Source: Lytechinus pictus
Lineage: Eukaryota
DNA: 64,000 nt
Direction of reading: 5' to 3'
Assembly (NCBI RefSeq): GCF_037042905.1
Contig: NC_087250.1
Location: 23,128,001-23,192,000 of the forward strand
Part shown: piece after piece, positions 12,536 to 25,939 of the stretch
Position numbering within the stretch: position 1 is the first letter of the stretch
How the letters are laid out: the number at the start of each line of letters is the position of its first letter
Notes under the pieces: model-generated
Seen by the model: the letters and a program-made list of their open reading frames with translations, nothing else
Database searches by the model: none
Told to the model about the DNA's origin: nothing
Position numbers and translations under genes: made by a program

Positions 12536-13488
12536 AAAGAAACGGTTGTAATCCACTTGTCTACTCGCAGATGGTCTCATAATTCTCAGATCGCATATCA
12601 TGCCTAAATAAACCCACTTGTTCTACTACCAATTTGGTCCCATTGGCATTTGGCCCAACAATGAATTTAGTCTACATGTAATTCTCAGTTGGGCCAAAAT
12701 ATATGCCTGATGATGGTTTGTTTTCCACAACTTACTTTTTCGCAACATTTTTCAAATGAAACTTTGGTTCATAAGTAGATAGGAAGCAAACCGGTGTACA
12801 TAGAGGACCACACCAGTTACTTTACACCGATGTTCAATTGGCGGTATTAGTTTTACACCTATAGGTGTTATTACAACACCTTTGGTTGATACATTTACAC
12901 TCTTTGGTGTTATGTTCAATCTCTAGGGTGTAATTTTAACACCTCAGGGTGTGGTCCTCTTTCAAAACCAACTGGTGTAAGCTTTAACACCACAGTTTTT
13001 ACAGTGCATATAGTCTCACTGGAAATAAATCTAAATGGGATTAAAAATGGTAATAAGACATCAATGATAGTCCACGAACTGGTTGTATAAAGGCCACTGC
13101 ACATATTACGACTGCTCTCGTCTTCCAACCGTGTGGATGATAAGTGTCTTTTTAATTGAGCTTTGAAATTACCGAAAGAATACTAATATAACTCTTTTGG
13201 TTGATTGCAAGCCTTTAATTTGGGGTAAAGCCAAATTAGTATCATTACTACGACGTCCTTACGACAGAAACAGAAACAGACTTTTATTCTGTATCATAGT
13301 CACAGAGTTCAACATAAGTATTATTTTGTATGATGATTTAGAACATTACACAGTGAGATATTCCATGTTTCAATATCATCATCAAATCCTACGTCCTAAA
13401 TCAAAAACCCTATTCGTCCTATTAAAAAAAGATCGCCAAACGATCGTAAGGTATGCGGTGGCCTAAAAGGGGTGAGACCCCCCCCCCC

Positions 13489-13950
13489 CCCGGGGGGGAG
13501 GGGGCTAGTCAAATGTATTGCTGTACACATGCGTGACCAAATTATTCCCAAACACCCCCTAAACGATTTTTTTCTCTGTGTGCAAAATAACCCCCTGAAC
13601 AAGTTTTTTCGCGAGCTTTATTTACACATTTTGGCCCCTAAACAAACTGTCGCCAGATTATGACCCCGGGGAAAAAGCTTGGGGGGGGGGAAACATATCC
13701 TAAACACGTTTGGCTAGTCTTTAAAAAAAAATTGGAAAAAAAACATACCCTAAATACGTTTGACCCCGCGATTGACCATTGACCAGTCTTTCAAAACCAC
13801 CCTATTCTTGAAAATCGGTGATTGTGATACCCTTATAGAGTGCACGCGCGGCCCTCGTCCAAACCTGAAAAAACACCCCTTTATACGCGTTTTTTTTGGG
13901 GGGTTACACATGTGTACAGCAATATATTTGACTGCCCCCCCCCCCCCGGG
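13489..13950. mobile_element. MITE with CCCGGGGG termini, ~60 bp into intron 1 of paralog 1
   Basis: ~50-bp TIRs CCCGGGG..AGTCAAATGTATTGCTGTACACATG / CATGTGTACAGCAATATATTTGACT..CCCGGG. Confidence 0.8.
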
Positions 13951-14009
13951 ATGAGACCAAACATAAAGTAGATGAAGTAGGGGGAGACCAAGTGACATTT
14001 TGGACCTAC

Positions 14010-14943
14010 CTTCGGCAAAGAGGACGTTGGTCGACAGGAACGACACGATAATGAGAATAGACTGAAAGAGAATGTAGTTGTACGAAATCATCTTCCAGCA
14101 ACGTCCCTTCGGATCCGGTCGGAAAAGATCGGCTAGACTTCGGACAAACTTCGCCATGTTGAAGTCTCTTCGGGGAGCCGGCACGACATCCGCCGAATGC
14201 TCTCCGGGCAACTTTCCGCTGACGCTCGGTAGGCTTTCGGGCAGGAGGTAGACGTAGAGGGCACATATGACCATTATCCCGAGGATGGTATAGTAGACTG
14301 GTGGATATCCAGTTGCTTCGATCATAAACCCGACCAACACTTGCCCCGACCCTGCCCCGAGGGTAGTCAGGCATTCGAGGATCACCATCCGGTATGTCCG
14401 CTGCTTGCTTGTCGTCGTGTCCGCGACGTACGCGAAGGAGCACGCCACCAGCGTCAGGAAATCGCCACAGAGTCCCAGCGGAACTGTCCCAGCGAAGAGC
14501 ACGGACAACGGCCAGTGATATTGGGCTACTAGAGCATAGATGATGGAGTAAATCGCAAATCCAATGATAGGGAACATCATTGCGATACGGCGACCTTTAG
14601 AGTCACTTAAAGCTCCGAGAAAGTTGGCCGAAAATAACGCGGGAACGGACTGCGCTACCGCGAGATAGAGCGTCCAGTATGATGTTTGAGCTTGAACTTG
14701 AACATAACGGTCATATTCATCAGATGATGTATTCAGCGTGCATACTACACTGGTATTCCCTGTTTGTTGGGTGAAATTAGCCTCTTCTGACAGCCGTTTG
14801 TTGAGGTATTCTACACGAATCGTAGTCAGCAAGCCATACGCCAGCATGAAGGTGACAGTAAGGGGCTCGACGACGAGTCTACTCCTCCACGATCTTGTCG
14901 ACAATGGGCTATTGATTCTGGTGTTGGATTTACCTTGGTCCAT
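14010..14943 (-). CDS. SLC46-family (proton-coupled folate transporter/SLC46A3-like) MFS transporter paralog 1, coding exon 1
   Basis: Motifs VVEP, GALSDSKGRR, GLCGDF, FAYVADTT..RTYRMVILE and LPES; acceptor AG at 14949-14950; donor GTAGGT after 14010. Exons beyond 7844 not found in the window. Confidence 0.93.
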
Positions 14944-15278
14944 GATTGCTTTAAAACCAAAAAGACAGAAAATGAGAGATAGCTGTAAAAGTAAGTCAGC
15001 AATAAACTTCTCGATGTCATCATGATAATGAAGGGTATTTGGGCGAAAATGGTAACGAACCCCATCATGCCCTTACCATAGTCATGCAAAATATTTTCTC
15101 CTTCCTTTTTAGTTTTGTTTTACAATATCATTCATAGTTTAAGTTGCATTAATTATAGGGATGGTTTTGGAGGCGAAATAAAACATTACGAGCGTCTCTA
15201 TTCCACGTGTTGAACATGAAGAACTTTTTTTGGCTCATTGCGCTGATCTCAATGATTTTAAAGTTTTGACAAGAGCAC

Positions 15279-15429
15279 TCCAGGGGCCCATTTCATAAAG
15301 AGTTACAACTGTTGTAACTTTGCCATTATGGCAACTACTATGGCAACAGGGCTCAGCAGCCAGTCAACATCAAGGTTACCATAATGGCAAAGTTACAACA
15401 GTTGTAACTCTTGATGAAACGGGCCCCAG
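15279..15429. mobile_element. Palindromic Harbinger-like MITE; relatives at ~17165-17310 and ~32680-32820
   Basis: GGGGCCCCATTTCATAAAGAGTTACAAC ... GTTGTAACTCTTGATGAAACGGGCCCC. Confidence 0.75.
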
Positions 15430-15558
15430 ATTATCGTCTCTTCCTGATATCAATAAAAAAAATTCTTGACTTATTGATATAATATCAATAAAGAAACTGA
15501 CACGTGATATCAAGAACTGAGTTCTTTGGTGAAGATGCAGCTACACTATAAGCGAATC

Positions 15559-15800
15559 TACTCTCTAAATGCAAAGGAGCTATTCTGTCCCTAATCATAC
15601 TATTCTTAGAGTGAGATGAGGGACCTATGGAATGAGATTTCAATCTTTCAAGAGTGAATTTTATTTTTTGGAGTGAAAGTGTGCATTCCTTTTACATTTT
15701 CACTCAAAAAAAGGTAAAAATTCACTCTTGAAAGATTGAAATCTCACTCGGAGAGGAGTGTGATGGGGGACCAGATTAGCTCCTTTGCATTTAGAGAGTA
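15559..15800. mobile_element. MITE with TACTCTCTAAATGCAAAGGAGCTA TIRs
   Basis: Perfect 24-bp inverted termini and an internal inverted TTCAATCTTTCAAGAGTGAATT motif. Confidence 0.8.
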
Positions 15801-16373
15801 GGCTACCTACCTCAGACCCGACATTAAGCACTATACGAAAAACCAAAGGGTATTCGCCCGCAGACTAACGCATATCGGTTATTATGATTCAAATGTGACT
15901 GCCCCGATGTCACAGTTGGTATATCCATGGTCCCATGCAGTCATACCAACGAAACCACTTATAAACGACCAATAGTATGTCATTACGTAAGAGCTTTGAT
16001 GGATCAGGGGCCCGTATAGCACAAAGCTTTGCAATGATCATGGAACGGTTTTTTTTACGATTGATTGCATTGACTACAATGTACAATCAATTATTAAACT
16101 CAAGCGTACGATTAAGCGCTAATCGTCATCTTATTCTACGTCATAGTTTAGCAGATCTTGGTCCGTAACACAAAGATTAGCGCTTAATCGTACGTTTGAG
16201 TTCTATGATTGATTATACATTGTTTCGGTGTGACTATAGCATGGATGAATGGACCCATTCACATCCCGTCAATCAGAAAGTCGTAAAGAGCCGATTTGGA
16301 TCAAAAGTGTGAGGAAGTTATCCATTCGAAATAAATCCGTTCTTAGAAACGTGGGCCATGTCTACATTGGTAT

Positions 16374-16625
16374 TAGTCTAGTTCTAGACGATTTTAAACG
16401 AATCTATTTGCACCACGATATAATTATACGATCTATTCCGTGCGTACGCCCAGCCGAGTGTGCGCGCAAAACCGAGAACCTGCCGAGAACCTGTACTCCG
16501 AGGATTTTTTCCTCGGAGTACAGGTTCTCGGTTTTGCGCGCACACTCGGCTGGGCGTACGCACGGAATAGAACGTATATATCGTGGTGCAAATAGATTCG
16601 TTTAAAATCGTCTAGAACTAGACTA
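16374..16625. mobile_element. Near-perfect hairpin MITE with TAG..CTA termini and 9-bp TSD (Academ-like)
   Basis: ~120-bp arms around a short T-rich loop; CATTGGTAT at 16365-16373 and 16626-16634. Confidence 0.85.
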
Positions 16626-19600
16626 CATTGGTATATGCATGGCTGAACATGATACACAGCCATCTTCATAGAAAGAAGCATATTCAATCGCAATATTTAC
16701 AATGAATTGTGAAACATATAATGTCAAATATTCAAATCTACCATTTTCTTTTAATTTGAAATTTAAAAAGGTTAATAATAGAAACCGATGTTTTTCGTTA
16801 CAATCGATGGTCAAAACTTATATTTTCCAAAATAATGCATGGACCCGTATTCTACACATTGCTGCTTGCAGTATGCGGACCCGATTGTTAATTGCAATGC
16901 TGCTATGTCTGGCGACACTCTTGCAAGCTTTCGCGGATTCAAAACTCTTCTTTGTTTTAAATATATTTTCGTAAGTATTGAATATATGTTTCCTTCATAA
17001 CGGCCATAACTTGTGTTGTAAACTTACGGGAAACATATTATAATTTCGCGATTGCCACTTACCACCAACTGTTAAAAGCTACTGTCATTCTTTGCTGTGA
17101 TTGGCTAAAATCTCTGTAGGTGATATTATTATTACAAATACAACACACAGAGCACCATAACATGCAGGCCCCGTTTCATAAAGACGCGTTGTGATATAAC
17201 AAATGCGCAATTTCGCTAATGAAAAGATTACCATCAGCAAATGAGATTGAATGATTTCAGCAGCTTTTAATTGTTAATTTAAATGGCAGGTTTATGCAAC
17301 AGGACCCAGGACAATATACCATACCTTTTATATGTTGACTGTATGCTGACAATAATATTAATAGTCCTACATGAATCAAAATACGACTCCAATATTGCAA
17401 GAACGACGTCAAGTCCAAGAGAATAACAGAGGCCTGTTTTGATGACTCTAATTTATCCAGTTCCACTACAAAGGAATGTCTATATAGAACAATCACGAGT
17501 TGCAACTGAGTACCAGTATATTTAGCCACACAGGATACCAAGAAGTTTTAGCATAGTGATAGTGTGATTATAGTAGGCCTATGCGCTGAAGTTTATGCGC
17601 TAATCAATAAGATGAACTCATTGCCCTGGTAATCCAACGTGCGTTCGAGTGTGCCGGTGTCACAGTTTTTGTTGTCCTCAAGTCTGGCTAGAAGACGCCA
17701 GCATTGTGTGAGGGCAGAAAAATAGATCCTATTGTACTATTTTCGGACTTCATATTTTGGGTCTTTTAATCAATATTAAGATGTAAGCAGAATTGATCAA
17801 GGTCAATCTTTTTTTGTTTTCATTCGAGAATAAAAAATAAGTGATTTTATGTTCGATTTCTTCGATGGCGCTCCCCCGAATAGATTTTAGCTAAATGGGA
17901 TCGGAGGACTACTTTTCACGGGGGACCATTTCCGCCGCGACATTGGGTCAACAGCAATCTTTGCATCACAAACATTGATAGCTCTTAACCTTGTTTTAAC
18001 CATAACGGATGCCTTATCATCCCCGAATCACAAGTAAACACAAACCTTATCACACCAGTTTAGTCCAATGATCCAATCAGTTTACATGGTTCAGTGTTAT
18101 ACTATTTGTGGAACGTACAATTTAATAAAGCTAACAACCATAAGTATGTGTCAATCTAGATCTTGTTTGTTTTAACGTATTTGTTGCTGAATGATAATGC
18201 ATGATCAGAAATAGCTGTCGGCTGGTCCTCAGTTTAAAAAAGTCTCTGTATTGCAATATTGGTAAATTATCTCGTGGTTGCTGCTCAAAGGGATATTCTA
18301 GGCTGAAAATAATGTGATTTTACTTGAATAGATTCAGTTGGCTTTATACCTTATTTATTGAATTATTATCAAAATGCTTTACGATAACATTGCGTGTGTG
18401 TGAGGAAGAATGTGTGTGCTCATGTGCATGTACGAGAAAGAGTAAGATATTTAAAAAAAAGAGGTTTGAAAAAATTTGTATGTGAGAGAGTGACAGGAAT
18501 GATTTATGGTGAGTGGGTGTGGTTTGTGATGAGGGCGGGGTATTTACCATTCAAAAAAATGTTTATGCAAGAAATAAGTAAATATAAGAAGTAAAGAGAA
18601 AGTTTATCAACATCTGTCAGAAATTTAGGAATTAGCGACCTAGATGGATCCTGTCAAAAGATGGCACCAGAGAGCTGCATAAAAAACAAAGTAGCTGCAG
18701 ACTTATGGTGGCAGCGGTGGGATTTATAATAAGGTCACTGCACGTTCTCTTTTCTCTTCCGTAGTTTAACTCCCTCTCTTTAAATGCCCCAATTGGATTT
18801 CTTAGTTTTTTTTATTCTTTCAGCATATAATACTCGATAATCCATAGTTCTAGATTATTTTGTTTTCGTGACGTTTACTTTCTTGTGATGATGTTGATAT
18901 GATCTATAAGCGTAAACACATAAATCAGAGATCTGGTTAATTTAGGGAACTGGTGAAGTGCAGGACGATCGAGTTAACCCCCCACACATACACACATCCT
19001 CAAGCACACACACACACACACACACACTCGCAACCTTCTTCCCGATCTCCTGACCAACTTCCTGTTCTGCGAGCAGGTCTATACGAATAAGCTCGATCAG
19101 GCCTACTTTAAAAGACCGTCCATCTTTCATATTTCATTATGTAGGCATTATTATATCATCACATCACTGACATTGACATGACGTCATATCAATAGTGTGG
19201 CTTGGTTAGCTTAGAAGTACCAGCCTGTACTTGTAAGCCTCGTTTGTAACAAGTAATTGAATCATTTTTCTAAGATTTCTAAAACTATAGTAAGTAGAAT
19301 CCGCGATACCATCACATTTCCCTTTCTTTAAGAATAATTGGAAACTCTCAAATTCGATTGACCCAAAGTGGTTTCCCGTAAATCAGTGTAGGTGAATCGC
19401 AAAGTATGTAAAGTCATGTTTCAAACACAGAATCTCACTAACAACCAAGATTCATTATACAGTTTCAGTAAAATGAAATATATATAAAGTTTATTTTGCA
19501 AAAACTTACCTAAATGATGCTTAACATTTACAAAATAAAGTTACTCTCATGAAGCAAAAACTTTCACACCAACAACACAAACATGACAAACGATAGCGAT

Positions 19601-20634
19601 AAGGTATTGATGACCTCCATATATATTTTTTTTTCAATGTAAACATCGAAAATATTATTTCATAAATTCACGCACAAATAATGCTACAGTCTAATAGCAG
19701 ATTTCGCATTCTTTCCCTTCAATTTTAAAAGAACATTAATATTGAAAAGAAATAAATCAATATCTTTATTCTTTAGAGTCTATCGATCTCCCTCAGCAGA
19801 AGTACGCTGTCATTGTTCTAGTTAAGTAAATGGAGATTATTCTGGGGAAAATACTAACATCATACATATTTCTTCTCATAAAAATGTATCTAGCTTTGGT
19901 GTTCGTTCCTGGATGGATTTTTAGATGGTATTAAATCATCCCTTAACATGACGAAAACTAATTGCTTTGAACCGTATATCTTCATGCATTTTCATCTTCT
20001 CATTAAGGCCTGACGAAATAATAATTTAAGTTTCTACATGCAGGTGAACATTATGTGGAGTTGAATTATTGTTTAGTGGCCCAAACATGCATGGAGCATA
20101 TAGTACGTGCATTTGCAGCGCTTTGTAATCAAGAGGAAAGGCGCTATGACTATCGCATGAAATAAAAACACGTGTCTAATCATTAAAAATATGATAGCCT
20201 ATAATCTTGCATCCCTTCTATCATCTCATCTTATAATAACGCCATTTACATTGAAGAATTGTATCCACGAGGTCCGGCAGTCCATCCCCTCTGCATTTTT
20301 TTTTTAATTTTTTTTTTTTGGGGGGGGATCCGGTCTTGCACTTTCTGTGTCAATTTAGAGTTCGTTCGGGGTCATTTTTCATCTGACGGACTGGATTTCC
20401 GATCAACATGACCGAAAATTTATAGGAGTAGGAACAGTTTGCGACAACAATGACGTGTCACTATATATTTTGCAGTATTTCTCATTACATTACTGGTAAC
20501 GTTTCTTTAGACGGAGCAGGTCCCACCAGTAACAGGCTGTTGGTCTCGGAAAAAATGTATGTAATATTTCAGTTTATTAAATAACAATTTCGCATCGTGA
20601 ATATAAAGCTGACTGAGTTTTCCATGGTTTGGGT

Positions 20635-21648
20635 CTACTTAAAAAATGTGGATGACTTTGTGGACAATCGTGACAAATTCGATACGTTGGATTCTGTGCG
20701 GGGCGACTTTTCATCTTCACTCTCAGAACCCCCATCGCTGTCAGAAAAGTCTGGAAGGTCGGATCTAACAGTTGATTCTGGTCCTCCAGTGTTTTCTTTA
20801 TTTCCAGCCGGCGCCACAAGTTTTTCCAAACCTGAAATTTTCAGTCTATCATCCGACTCATTCGGGTCCGGTGAATCACGGACTAGACTCATCTCCAGTC
20901 GCTTAAAGCGATCATCTTCGTCGACTTTTAGCTCTCTCATTTTGCGCTGCAGGTTTCTGACGTACTGCTTTTCCTTCTCCTCTCGCTCCGCCTCGGCCTC
21001 GGGTCCGTAGAGTGGTAAATGGTCCCCGCACATCCGACTAGCTGCAGCTGCTTGTGACTGTTTCCTTCTCGGTCTAAACTCGATTTCAGTTTTACTTTTC
21101 CCAGGGATGCGTAGATCAATACCGTGTAGCTGGGTGAAATTTGAGCGAGTGGTTTCAACGGGGGCGCCTTGCGTAGACAAAATTTCCTCATCACGGGTTG
21201 TCTTCCGTTTGGTCAGAGATGGCGCGGAGACAGAAAACTCGGGTAAGGTTCGACTCCTTCGAGTCGTTAGATCGGGAAGCGAGAACCGTTTTTCAAACAT
21301 GTTTAAGTCTTCGAGCATCTGTGACGCAGATCGGCGAACCTTCCCAAAAGGACGCCTGGCCCTGACGGCTGGTTCTGTTACCTTCATCGTGACCTCTGGC
21401 AAGAATGACGTGTGGTTTACACCCATCTCTCGTAGTTCCGTTTCCTTGATTGCTTGACTCAATAAAAACGACTGTTGCTGCCAGTCTAGCAGGTTTTTCG
21501 CTCGCCTCCGGTCTATTGTCATTTGTTTCATCTGGTCCTCCAGCAGCATACCAGCGAAACGGTTGTCCTTGAGGAGAACTCCCTGTATAGCACTGACCGG
21601 TAGAGGGCCTTTCCATCTTTTCTTCCGGACACCGCTCATTTTGACCAT
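20635..21648 (-). CDS. Single-coding-exon protein of unknown function, ~337 aa; helical N-terminus and S/D/E-rich disordered C-terminus
   Basis: Long open frame that is GC-richer and non-repetitive in AT-rich DNA; polypyrimidine tract and AG at 21684-21685 precede the first true ATG (MVKMSGVRKK). Confidence 0.8.
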   Translation of the reverse strand: MVKMSGVRKKRWKGPLPVSAIQGVLLKDNRFAGMLLEDQMKQMTIDRRRAKNLLDWQQQSFLLSQAIKETELREMGVNHTSFLPEVTMKVTEPAVRARRPFGKVRRSASQMLEDLNMFEKRFSLPDLTTRRSRTLPEFSVSAPSLTKRKTTRDEEILSTQGAPVETTRSNFTQLHGIDLRIPGKSKTEIEFRPRRKQSQAAAASRMCGDHLPLYGPEAEAEREEKEKQYVRNLQRKMRELKVDEDDRFKRLEMSLVRDSPDPNESDDRLKISGLEKLVAPAGNKENTGGPESTVRSDLPDFSDSDGGSESEDEKSPRTESNVSNLSRLSTKSSTFFK

Positions 21649-22529
21649 CGACCAAAGTTGGTACCACAACCTCAGAAAGTTACCTGGGAACAAAATAAGA
21701 ACAAAAAGAAAAATAGATCAGTCTTTTTTGTGGTCCCGGTTACTATGGTTACGGTACGTGGGTCTCTGTTGTCCTTGTGTGTATAGAGAGATATTTTTGT
21801 GGCGTTGTGTTGTTACGTGTGGTGTGGAATTGTCTAGTTGGTCTGTCCGTATGTGTTGTGTGGTGTTCTATTGTATCTCACCTGGGTCCTATCTTGTCTC
21901 GTTCTGTGTTATATTGTATATCACCATTTTGATTAAGTTGTATAATAATGTGTTGTTGGATTACGTTTCCGATAAAACATACCAGAAAAGAAAAATAAGA
22001 TTTTTATAATACAAAATGAAAATTAAAACAGTTTCATGTAGGCATATTTCTTTAAAAGCAGTGTGCGTCACCGTGGACGTATATTTTCTACATAATGATG
22101 TATATTCATATATTCATTGCTTTCTTGAAAATTTAGTGCGCTTCTATTTGTTTACAAAATGAGATTGTGCAAACTTCCTGTAGAAATTGTTTGACATTGA
22201 TGGATTTCCATACAGTTGAGATTGATTGGATCAATCGTAACTCTTTGTAAGACGGGACTCTGAATAATATTCAGATCAGTGGCGAACACATGCGCAGCAA
22301 CCGAATTCCCGCGCATCTATCTGATTGGTTCTGACTGGGAAAGGCAAGTGTAAAGTGAAATCATAACAAGGACTTTCCCGTCCTTTTTTTTCTTATTCGG
22401 CAGGGATTAAACATTTATCTCACGATAATAACCAAACTTTTCCAATTAATATATAACAAAAAAGCTGATATCGTCAAGGTGTACATCGGCACAGTGAAAA
22501 GCATGGGACAGAGAGTGTTTTAGGTGGTG

Positions 22530-22772
22530 CACTGTAAAAACTGTGGTGTTAAAACTGACACCAGTGGGTGTTAATAGAGGACCACACCCTCTGGTGTTAA
22601 AATTACACCCTAGAGATTGAATATAACACCAAAGAGTGTACATGTAACAACCAAAGGTGTTGCAACAACACCTATAGGTGCTAAACTAACACTGACTGTC
22701 AATTTAACACCGGTGTAAAATCACTGGTGTTGTCCTCTATGTACACCGGTTGACACCACAGTTTTTGCTGTG
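22530..22772. mobile_element. CACTG/CMC-like MITE with 2-bp TG TSD; inverted partial copy at ~12790-13006
   Basis: TG-CACTGTAAAAACTGTGGTGTT ... CACCACAGTTTTTGCTGTG-TG. Confidence 0.75.
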
Positions 22773-23575
22773 TGATATTAAAATTGTGAAATTTCAGAGA
22801 GGAGGAGGGGGGTTAAAGTGTGATGTGTGATCGATTGAAAAGATCATCTTTCTTTTCTTATCATTTCATATGAATATCAATCTGCCTTAGAGACAAGAAA
22901 CATTTTCTTCATTATCTTTTTTTTTTTCATTCTCAGTGATCGTTGTACTAGGGTCTATAAGTCTGTGATAATACTTGTTTCAAAATGATCGTAGAATTTG
23001 CCTTATGGGACTTATATTGTTATTGTATTTGATTTGAAAGGAGACAATAAAAACATGCTATAAAACAAAAAAAGGGAAATAAAGAGAGAGAAAACATAAG
23101 AAAGAGCGAGAGGAGGAGAAGGGTTGCGCTTGGTATAAAAGAGAATGAATCATTATCTCAGAAAAACATACTGGAGCAGACAGTGATTCCATTAATAGTT
23201 TCTCGCTCTCTCAATGCAAACATTTTTTTACCGTCTTGTCAATATTGGACAAACGATTAAAAAGCACTCGATAGTCCCACTAACATAACATAGCAACTAC
23301 TTGGTAAAGAAGCCCCTGTCGTTAGTAACATCATGATTGTGGTATAGCGTAATAACCATGAAAATCATAAATGTGTTTCTTACAGTACAAATACAGTAAG
23401 ATTTTAAGTGTGCGGAAATTAACTGAGATCATTTTCGCCTTATTGATTACCTTTTAAGGACGAAGAGATGATACCCGTACTATTACGGCATGTTACTATC
23501 ATTGATTCGGATACAAAAAACATATAAGCTTACAAAAAAAGTTACTAATTCTTTATTTCGAAACCGCTTATAATA

Positions 23576-25248
23576 GGGGAGACCGGGGTTAGTTGGAAAA
23601 TTTTTGACAAAAATGGCTGTAAAATCCAAATAGATTTTATTAGAGAAACAATAAATATATCAGCTTGAAGCATATATCTCAGGGCTTCAAATGTACCCCA
23701 TAAAATTTTTAACTCTATTATGGTTACTGAAAAATTCCACCTTGAACAAGACTATCGCAAACGTTCCAACTTACCCCCATATCGGGGTAAGTTGGAACAT
23801 GGTATGGGGTAAGTTGGAACACTGCATGGTCAATTAAGAATTATACTAAAACTACTTAAAACTGTAATATTACATGGTTTTAGCCTATTTGCTTTATCTT
23901 ATTCAAGTTCAAAATATTAAAGTGTGGATTCGTTGAACTTTATGTTTTCTATTATACAGCCACTCACGCAAGCAGACTGTGTAGTAGAATTCTGCATATT
24001 TGGGTGCGTTTGAGTTTACATGCAATTAAGTGTACTATCAGCAATTTCATGTACTTCTGCATCAAATTTATGAGACAAAAATTGATTGTTTTTATTTTTT
24101 TCATAATTAATTATGCAAATAAGCATATAAAATTTTCCAGAATTTTTTTAAAAAAAATGTTTTTGCCTTAAACTCTATTTATTAAGCTAGTAGAATTTTT
24201 GGTGAGAGTATCAATTTTCACATTTATAACAAATATCCACCAAAAAATGCAAAAAATATAATTTCTTATGTATTTTTTGTTTTTTCGAACTTTGTTTTTT
24301 CCGATGGACTTTGTCAGGAGTCTTTTGCGATCATAAATAGCATAAAATTAATCTATTTGAACCAGCAAAAGTAAAAAATAATCATACATTTATGACTTTT
24401 GGTTGAAAAACGCACGCAATTTGCATTGACCTTGTACATGGAATCACCTTTTTGAACAATTTTGGGTCCAAACATGCACATACAATTTGTTGCGTAATTT
24501 TTGTTGCGTAATTTTGAAACACAGGCATCACAAATTTGGTCTCAAATGATGCGCAAGACTTGAAAGTAAAAAGTCAGCTAGCAGTGTAATAAAAAAAATT
24601 CGTGCGACGGCGTAGTGACAAAATTTCTTGAGGGGGGCTCAAATTGACCCCCCCCCCTTTTGATAAGGGTTAACATTGCATTTAGGTGCCTACAATAGGC
24701 CTTAAATGTACACTCAGACCTAACTGATAAACAAAACAAGCATGGTATACAATACATGTTCAGAAGGGTGTGAAATACTTTTTTTTTTTTTCTCATATCC
24801 AATATTTTCATTCATAATTATGTTTGGGGTAAGTTGGAACATGTTCCAACTAGCCCCTTCAATTTTGTTCCAACTAACCCCGGAGGCTCATTTGACGTTT
24901 ATAAGCTTACAGCACAAAAAAGGGACTTCACCATGGCATATCAATAACCTCATTTTGTAGCTTGGTATAAGTGTCTATTATACCCCTAAACTGGCCAACT
25001 TGATCTGTAAACTTCTCTGAGATAATCAAACATTTCTGAACGAGAAAAAATTTACTCAGAAGGTCAAAAAACAAAAATTTGTTTCTAACTTCACCAGGCT
25101 TGTTGCACATGTGTTGTCTGTAATATGGTGGATGGCCGTTGATAATGACAATAACTTGAGGGCAGTATTGCAGAAATTTATTTAAAGACGTTAAAGAAAA
25201 TTACAATGTTTCAACTTACCCCATGTTCCAACTAACCCCGGTCTCCCC
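23576..25248. mobile_element. Non-autonomous TA-flanked DNA transposon carrying a nested piggyBac-like fragment
   Basis: TA-GGGGAGACCGGGGTTAGTTGGAA ... TTCCAACTAACCCCGGTCTCCCC-TA; internal GGGGTAAGTTGGAAC repeats; AGGG-TTAA end at ~24673. Confidence 0.85.
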
Positions 25249-25327
25249 TACTCCTAAATTTATAAATACGAACTCCACACCTCTAATGTCTATACAAAGG
25301 AGCTATCTTCAAAATGGAATTGCAAAC

Positions 25328-25939
25328 TTAAAGGGATGCTCCAGGCTGAAAATATTTATATCTAAATAAATAGGGTAAACCTCACAGAGCAAAATGCTGA
25401 CAATTTTATCAAAATCTGATTACAAATAGCAAAGTTATTGAATTTTAAAGTTAAGCAATATTTTGTGAAAAGAGTCATGTGCACGTCGTCATAAACATTC
25501 ATTATGTGGGCTGATGATGTCACATCGCCACTTTCCCTTTTCTTATGTTATTACATGAAATCATAATTTTTTCATCATTTCATACATGTGTGAATGATAT
25601 GTCTCCCTTATAATGAAATAAGTTGAAGCAATGAATATCTAATGCACTTAATCAATTTTCACTCCAATGTTTTAAGTTTTTGAAGGAAAAAAATTGAATA
25701 AACCTAATTTCATATAATAAAATACAAATGAACAAGTAGGGATATGACATCATCAATTTGCTCATTGAATATTCATGAAGACAAGCCTAGAACTATTTCA
25801 CCGGAATAATGCAAACTTTTAAAATGTCATAACTTTCTTATTCCTTGTCCGATTTTGATCAAATTTTCGGTGTTTTGATTGTCTGATTTTTCTTTATCTG
25901 TTAAAATCATAATAGCCTCAGCCTGGAGTATCCCTTTAA
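25328..25939. mobile_element. Kolobok-like MITE family D
   Basis: TTAA-AGGGATGCTCCAGGCTGA ... TCAGCCTGGAGTATCCCT-TTAA. Confidence 0.85.

Noticed and set aside
13750..14009. C-terminal part of the 397-aa ORF
   Set aside because: Read-through past the donor into intron and MITE; SLC46 similarity resumes at 8745.
17310..17560. RT-like words (VILLDL) on the minus strand
   Set aside because: Too degraded to call beyond a possible L2 remnant.
21649..21693. ORF-track start at 21693
   Set aside because: Non-ATG start lying upstream of the splice acceptor.
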